DNA of 61,774 nucleotides from an uncultured bacterium (GTDB taxonomy: Bacteria; Chlamydiota; Chlamydiia; Chlamydiales; Parachlamydiaceae). The stretch covers positions 1 to 61,774 of the forward strand of contig CAZABG010000003.1 of the NCBI GenBank assembly GCA_964483465.1, read 5' to 3'. The position numbers and the translations under genes are program-made. The notes below the pieces were generated by a model that was given only the letters and a program-made list of their open reading frames with translations, searched no databases and was not told the DNA's origin. Positions 58,077 through 61,774 of this stretch are shown one piece after another (within the stretch, counting starts at the first letter, position 1; every line of letters begins with the position of its first letter).

Positions 58077-58347
58077 AAAATTATAGAGCCAATTACAAAA
58101 CGCATTTGATTGCAAAAACGCCTTTTTAAAGTTGGTTTTCGTTTACTCTACTTGGCCAAACCTTATAGTTCGACCTTGTCTTTTAAACGACGGCATTTAA
58201 GCTGCCGCTATAAAAACGTCTTCAAAATCTTCGTTTTTTCAGGGCAAAGCCGTTTTGCAATTGTATCTAATTCTAACGAAAGAGAAGGAAATATTCCCAG
58301 TAAAAATGGCCATATGCCCTATAATTCAAACCTGATTAGGAGACTAT

Positions 58348-59628
58348 ATGTTGGATATCAAGCTTATAAGGAAAGATTATAAAGAGGTTGAAAAAAGGCT
58401 TCAGACCAAAGAACCTTCCCTTTCCTTATTGGATATTGTCGAGCTCGATAATGAAATCAGAGAGCTAAAAGCGAAAGTCGAAACCCTTAAGGCTAAACGA
58501 AATGAGGTTAGCCAGAAGATAGGGGAAATGAAGCGCGCAAAGCAGGATGCCTCCCAATTTGTCGAAGAAATGGGCCTGGTTGGAGATGAAATACAGTCGC
58601 TTGACAGGCTTTTAAGTGAACAGGAGCGGCATTTTGAGGACAGAATGGCCAAGCTTCCAAATCTTCCTATGGAAGGGATTAAAGTTTCTCAGGATCCAAA
58701 AGAAAATGTTGTCATAAAGACCTTTAAAGATAAGCCCGTATTTAATTTTCCTTTTAAAAACCATGTTGAATTAAACGAAAAACTTGATCTTTTCGATTTT
58801 AAGAGAGGGGCTAAAATTTCGGGCTCGGGTTGGCCGGTTTATAAAAACTGGGGTGCCCGCCTTGAATGGGCGCTCATTAACTACATGATTTCGATCCATA
58901 TTAAAAATGGTTTTATGCAATGGATTCCTCCTATTCTAGTTCGTCCTGAGACGGTATACCATTCTGGACAGCTCCCTAAGTTCGAAAACCAGCAGTTTAG
59001 GGTAAAAGACGAGGATTACGACCTTTATTTAATCCCTACCGCTGAAGTGCCATTGAATGGCATGCACGCGGATGAGCTTGTAAAAGAAGAAGATCTTCCT
59101 TTTAGGTATATAGCCTATACTCCTTGCTTTAGACGGGAAGCGGGGGCGGCGGGCAGCCAGGAACGAGGCCTTATCCGTATGCACCAATTCAATAAAGTGG
59201 AGATGTTTGTATTTTCTCATCCTGATGATTCTGACAATCAGTTTGAAAAGATGTTGAAATCTGCCGAAGAGGTGCTGGAAGGGCTTGATTTACACTACCG
59301 TAACGCCCTTTTGGTGACGGGAGATATGTCTTTTGCCGCAGCAAAAACAGTTGATATTGAAGTATGGCTTCCCGGACAAGACCGATATTATGAGGTTTCT
59401 TCTGTATCTAACTGCGGCCCTTATCAGGCAAGAAGGTCGAATTGCCGCTTTAAGACTAAAGAGGGTAAATACGAGTTTGTCCATACTTTAAACGGATCCG
59501 GTCTTGCAACTTCCCGTTTAATGGTGGCTCTTCTTGAAAACAACCAGCAGCCGGACGGCTCTATTACGATTCCGAAAGTGCTTCAAAGCTATCTTGGAGG
59601 CATTGACAGGCTTGTTCCAGTCTCGTGA
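58348..59628 (+). CDS. serS: Seryl-tRNA synthetase
   Basis: An N-terminal coiled-coil arm and class II motifs (FRREAG, GLIRMHQFNKVE, NGSGLATSR). Confidence 0.95.
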   Translation: MLDIKLIRKDYKEVEKRLQTKEPSLSLLDIVELDNEIRELKAKVETLKAKRNEVSQKIGEMKRAKQDASQFVEEMGLVGDEIQSLDRLLSEQERHFEDRMAKLPNLPMEGIKVSQDPKENVVIKTFKDKPVFNFPFKNHVELNEKLDLFDFKRGAKISGSGWPVYKNWGARLEWALINYMISIHIKNGFMQWIPPILVRPETVYHSGQLPKFENQQFRVKDEDYDLYLIPTAEVPLNGMHADELVKEEDLPFRYIAYTPCFRREAGAAGSQERGLIRMHQFNKVEMFVFSHPDDSDNQFEKMLKSAEEVLEGLDLHYRNALLVTGDMSFAAAKTVDIEVWLPGQDRYYEVSSVSNCGPYQARRSNCRFKTKEGKYEFVHTLNGSGLATSRLMVALLENNQQPDGSITIPKVLQSYLGGIDRLVPVS

Positions 59629-60517
59629 GGTGTTAATTGATGTGCGCGCGCCGATAGAATATCGGCATGCGCACATACCAAACGCTATAAATATCCCCCT
59701 TTTTGATGATAATGAAAGGGCTCTTGTGGGCGCTTGCTATAAGCAAGAGGGGAAGGATAAGGCCGTTGATTTGGGGCTAAAAATCGTCGGACCCAAGCTA
59801 TATTCTTTAGTCAATCAAGCAAGAAATCTAAATTCTCCCTTAACTGTCTACTGCGCTCGTGGGGGAATGCGCTCATCAAGCATGCAATGGCTCCTTTCTT
59901 TTTCAGGTTTAAAAGTGAATCAAAGGCAAGGGGGCTACAAAGCCTTCCGGTCCGAAGTTTTAGAAATTTTGAACCGTCCTTATAAGTTTCATTTGATTGG
60001 CGGCTATACCGGTTCAGGAAAAAGCGAATATCTACGTCAGTTAAATGAGCAAACGCTTGATTTAGAGCATATTGCCAATCATCGTGGATCTGCTTTCGGA
60101 GAAAATGGAGAGCAGCCTTCAAACGAGATGTTTGAAAATAAGATCGCATGCGTCTTGAGCGCATATGATTTGTCAAAACCGGTCTATGTAGAAGATGAAA
60201 GCCGCATGATAGGTCAAAATAAAATTCCCGATCCCCTTTACGAAAAGATGCAAAAAAGTCCGATTACAGTAATCGAAGCCTCTCAAGATAAACGAGTTGA
60301 TAGGCTATATGCGGAATATGGATTTCTTCCAAAAGATGTGCTTATTCGTAACATCGAGAAAATAAAAAAGCGGTTGGGCTCGGAAAAAACTGCCTTCGCG
60401 ATTAATCTGGTAAATAAGGGAGAGATAAGGAACGCGATTGTCGAAATGCTCCATTATTATGACAACGCTTACCGTTATTCTTTAGAAAAACGATGCAAAA
60501 CTTTAATCAATTCGTAG
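59534..60517 (+). CDS. selU: tRNA 2-selenouridine/geranyl-2-thiouridine synthase (SelU/MnmH)
   Basis: A rhodanese part (LIDVRAPIEYRHAHIPNAINIPL..ERALVGACYKQEG..VYCARGGMRSSS) followed by the P-loop GGYTGSGKS. The start is uncertain: the ATG at 59534 lies 95 nt inside serS, in-frame TTG codons sit at 59594, 59603 and 59612, and a GTG sits at 59630. Confidence 0.8.
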   Translation: MKTTSSRTALLRFRKCFKAILEALTGLFQSREVLIDVRAPIEYRHAHIPNAINIPLFDDNERALVGACYKQEGKDKAVDLGLKIVGPKLYSLVNQARNLNSPLTVYCARGGMRSSSMQWLLSFSGLKVNQRQGGYKAFRSEVLEILNRPYKFHLIGGYTGSGKSEYLRQLNEQTLDLEHIANHRGSAFGENGEQPSNEMFENKIACVLSAYDLSKPVYVEDESRMIGQNKIPDPLYEKMQKSPITVIEASQDKRVDRLYAEYGFLPKDVLIRNIEKIKKRLGSEKTAFAINLVNKGEIRNAIVEMLHYYDNAYRYSLEKRCKTLINS

Positions 60518-61599
60518 AAGAGAGCTTGACTGCCTATCATGCAGCGGAAAATATCGGAAAAATTTTAGAGAAAAAAGGATTTAAAAAGGGCCTTAATAAC
60601 GGCTCTAAATTTTATATCTCCTTTGACGGAGCGGTAGCTGCGTTTATCAAACCGAAAAAAATGAAGCGCCTTAAAATTTTTCATGCGCATACCGATAGTC
60701 CCGCTCTTAAATTAAAACCAAATAGCCAATTCCATGTGGAAAATATGTCCATGCTGGCAGTTGAGGTTTATGGAGCGCCATTGCTTTCATCATGGACAAA
60801 CCGCGATTTAAAAATTGCAGGTCGAGATGGGGAGGGTAAATTGATCGCTCTAAAAGAGCTCGCAACGCTTCCTCAGCTTGCCATTCATCTTGATCGCGAC
60901 GTAAATGAGAAGGGGCTCGTATTAAATCCTCAGGCGCATTTGAATCTCCTGACAGGAATTAAAGCGCTTCCAAAAGGTCCATACGATCTATTTGCCGTAT
61001 CAAATGAGAAGGTTGTATCCCTTGGCGATGATCTTGTGCAAGGGCCGAGGCTTGATAATTTAGCAAGTTGTTATCAAATCCTTGAAGCGCTTGAAGCATC
61101 GCCCGATAGTTTGATTGCGGCCTTCTTTTTTAATCATGAAGAAATAGGTTCATCAAGCCATCAAGGAGCGGAATCAGCCCGTTTTGCGCATATTCTCGAA
61201 AGAGTTGTTGGCGATAGGGGAGAGTATCTCGACCTTTTAGAAAACACCTTTGCCGTATCGATTGATGTTGCCCATGCCGTTCATCCAAATTATCCTGAGA
61301 GGCATGATCCGAGACATCCTGTCTATCTTGGCAAAGGGATCGCCGTCAAATGGAGCGCAAAGCAAAAATATGCGACAGACGCAACGGGCGCGAAATATTT
61401 TAAAAATTATCAAAATTACGTAAGCCGTAATGATATTCCTTCAGGATCAACTGTCGGCCCTATCCAATCGAGGCTTTTTGGGGTTAAGACAATCGATATC
61501 GGTATTCCTATACTATCCATGCATAGTATCCGCGAAATCATTTCATTGAAGGATCATATCGCCATGATCGACGCGCTTAAACGTATCATAAAAGAATAG
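60493..61599 (+). CDS. M18-family aminopeptidase (aspartyl aminopeptidase-like)
   Basis: HAHTDSPALKLKP, NHEEIGSSS and SMHSIRE motifs. At 368 aa it is somewhat short for the family. It overlaps the selU end by 25 nt. Confidence 0.75.
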   Translation: MQNFNQFVEESLTAYHAAENIGKILEKKGFKKGLNNGSKFYISFDGAVAAFIKPKKMKRLKIFHAHTDSPALKLKPNSQFHVENMSMLAVEVYGAPLLSSWTNRDLKIAGRDGEGKLIALKELATLPQLAIHLDRDVNEKGLVLNPQAHLNLLTGIKALPKGPYDLFAVSNEKVVSLGDDLVQGPRLDNLASCYQILEALEASPDSLIAAFFFNHEEIGSSSHQGAESARFAHILERVVGDRGEYLDLLENTFAVSIDVAHAVHPNYPERHDPRHPVYLGKGIAVKWSAKQKYATDATGAKYFKNYQNYVSRNDIPSGSTVGPIQSRLFGVKTIDIGIPILSMHSIREIISLKDHIAMIDALKRIIKE

Positions 61600-61718
61600 A
61601 TGCCTGTGACCGTGTTAGGTAAAGAATAGACCGTTACCGTCTTCGGTTTTTTTTGACAGAGAGCAGTTGGAAGACTACTCCTTCCTATATCTTCAATGTT
61701 AAAATTAAAAATTGTTTC

Positions 61719-61750
61719 TCTCTGCGTCTCCGCGTCTCTGCGCCTCTGCG
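61719..61750. repeat. Tandem imperfect octamer repeat (4 units)
   Basis: TCTCTGCG TCTCCGCG TCTCTGCG CCTCTGCG lies in the intergenic tail at the window edge. Confidence 0.6.
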
Positions 61751-61774
61751 TTAAAACTAAAAATTTATATGTCT

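Noticed and set aside
58110-58382. A 90-aa plus-strand ORF spans the smc/serS divergent spacer.
   Set aside because: It overlaps the serS start in another frame, has no ribosome-binding site, and reads as an intergenic-type sequence.

Overview
The gene content and order point to a chromosome segment from a member of the Chlamydiae, probably an environmental or amoeba-associated lineage. My hand counts put G+C at roughly 40-45%. The supporting markers are an NTT-type ADP/ATP translocase, a roughly 1500-aa fused SecDF, an EUO-like protein, a ytgABCD metal-uptake operon whose permease carries a fused DtxR-like repressor and is followed by dxr and rseP, an aroK/aroA/aroC/aroB cluster, and a CIRCE-controlled hrcA-grpE-dnaK operon. 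Positions 6.8-61.6 kb are mostly densely packed housekeeping genes: dapF, a RumA-type methyltransferase, recJ, secDF, mrp, dxr, rseP, aro genes, two ABC exporter half-transporters, brnQ, a large NAD-glutamate dehydrogenase, a SWIM-SNF2 helicase, smc, serS, selU and an M18 aminopeptidase. The first ~6.7 kb is a decayed accessory island. It holds a multiply frameshifted DUF234-type ATPase, a pair of ~95-bp repeats (one ending in a perfect 33-nt palindrome), a phage portal and MuF-like head-morphogenesis remnant with in-frame stops, and a compact cassette in which two paralogous small proteins bracket a phosphoribosyltransferase-fold protein. Three regions look most worth follow-up. They are that PRTase-fold cassette, a NACHT-like P-loop protein with an unknown ~450-aa N-terminal domain plus a 164-aa orphan downstream of the SNF2 gene, and a hairpin-dense block of ~59% G+C with a duplicated 90-bp unit between dnaK and brnQ. 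No tRNA, rRNA or CRISPR array was recognised. All family calls rest on motif recognition by eye, and no database search was run.
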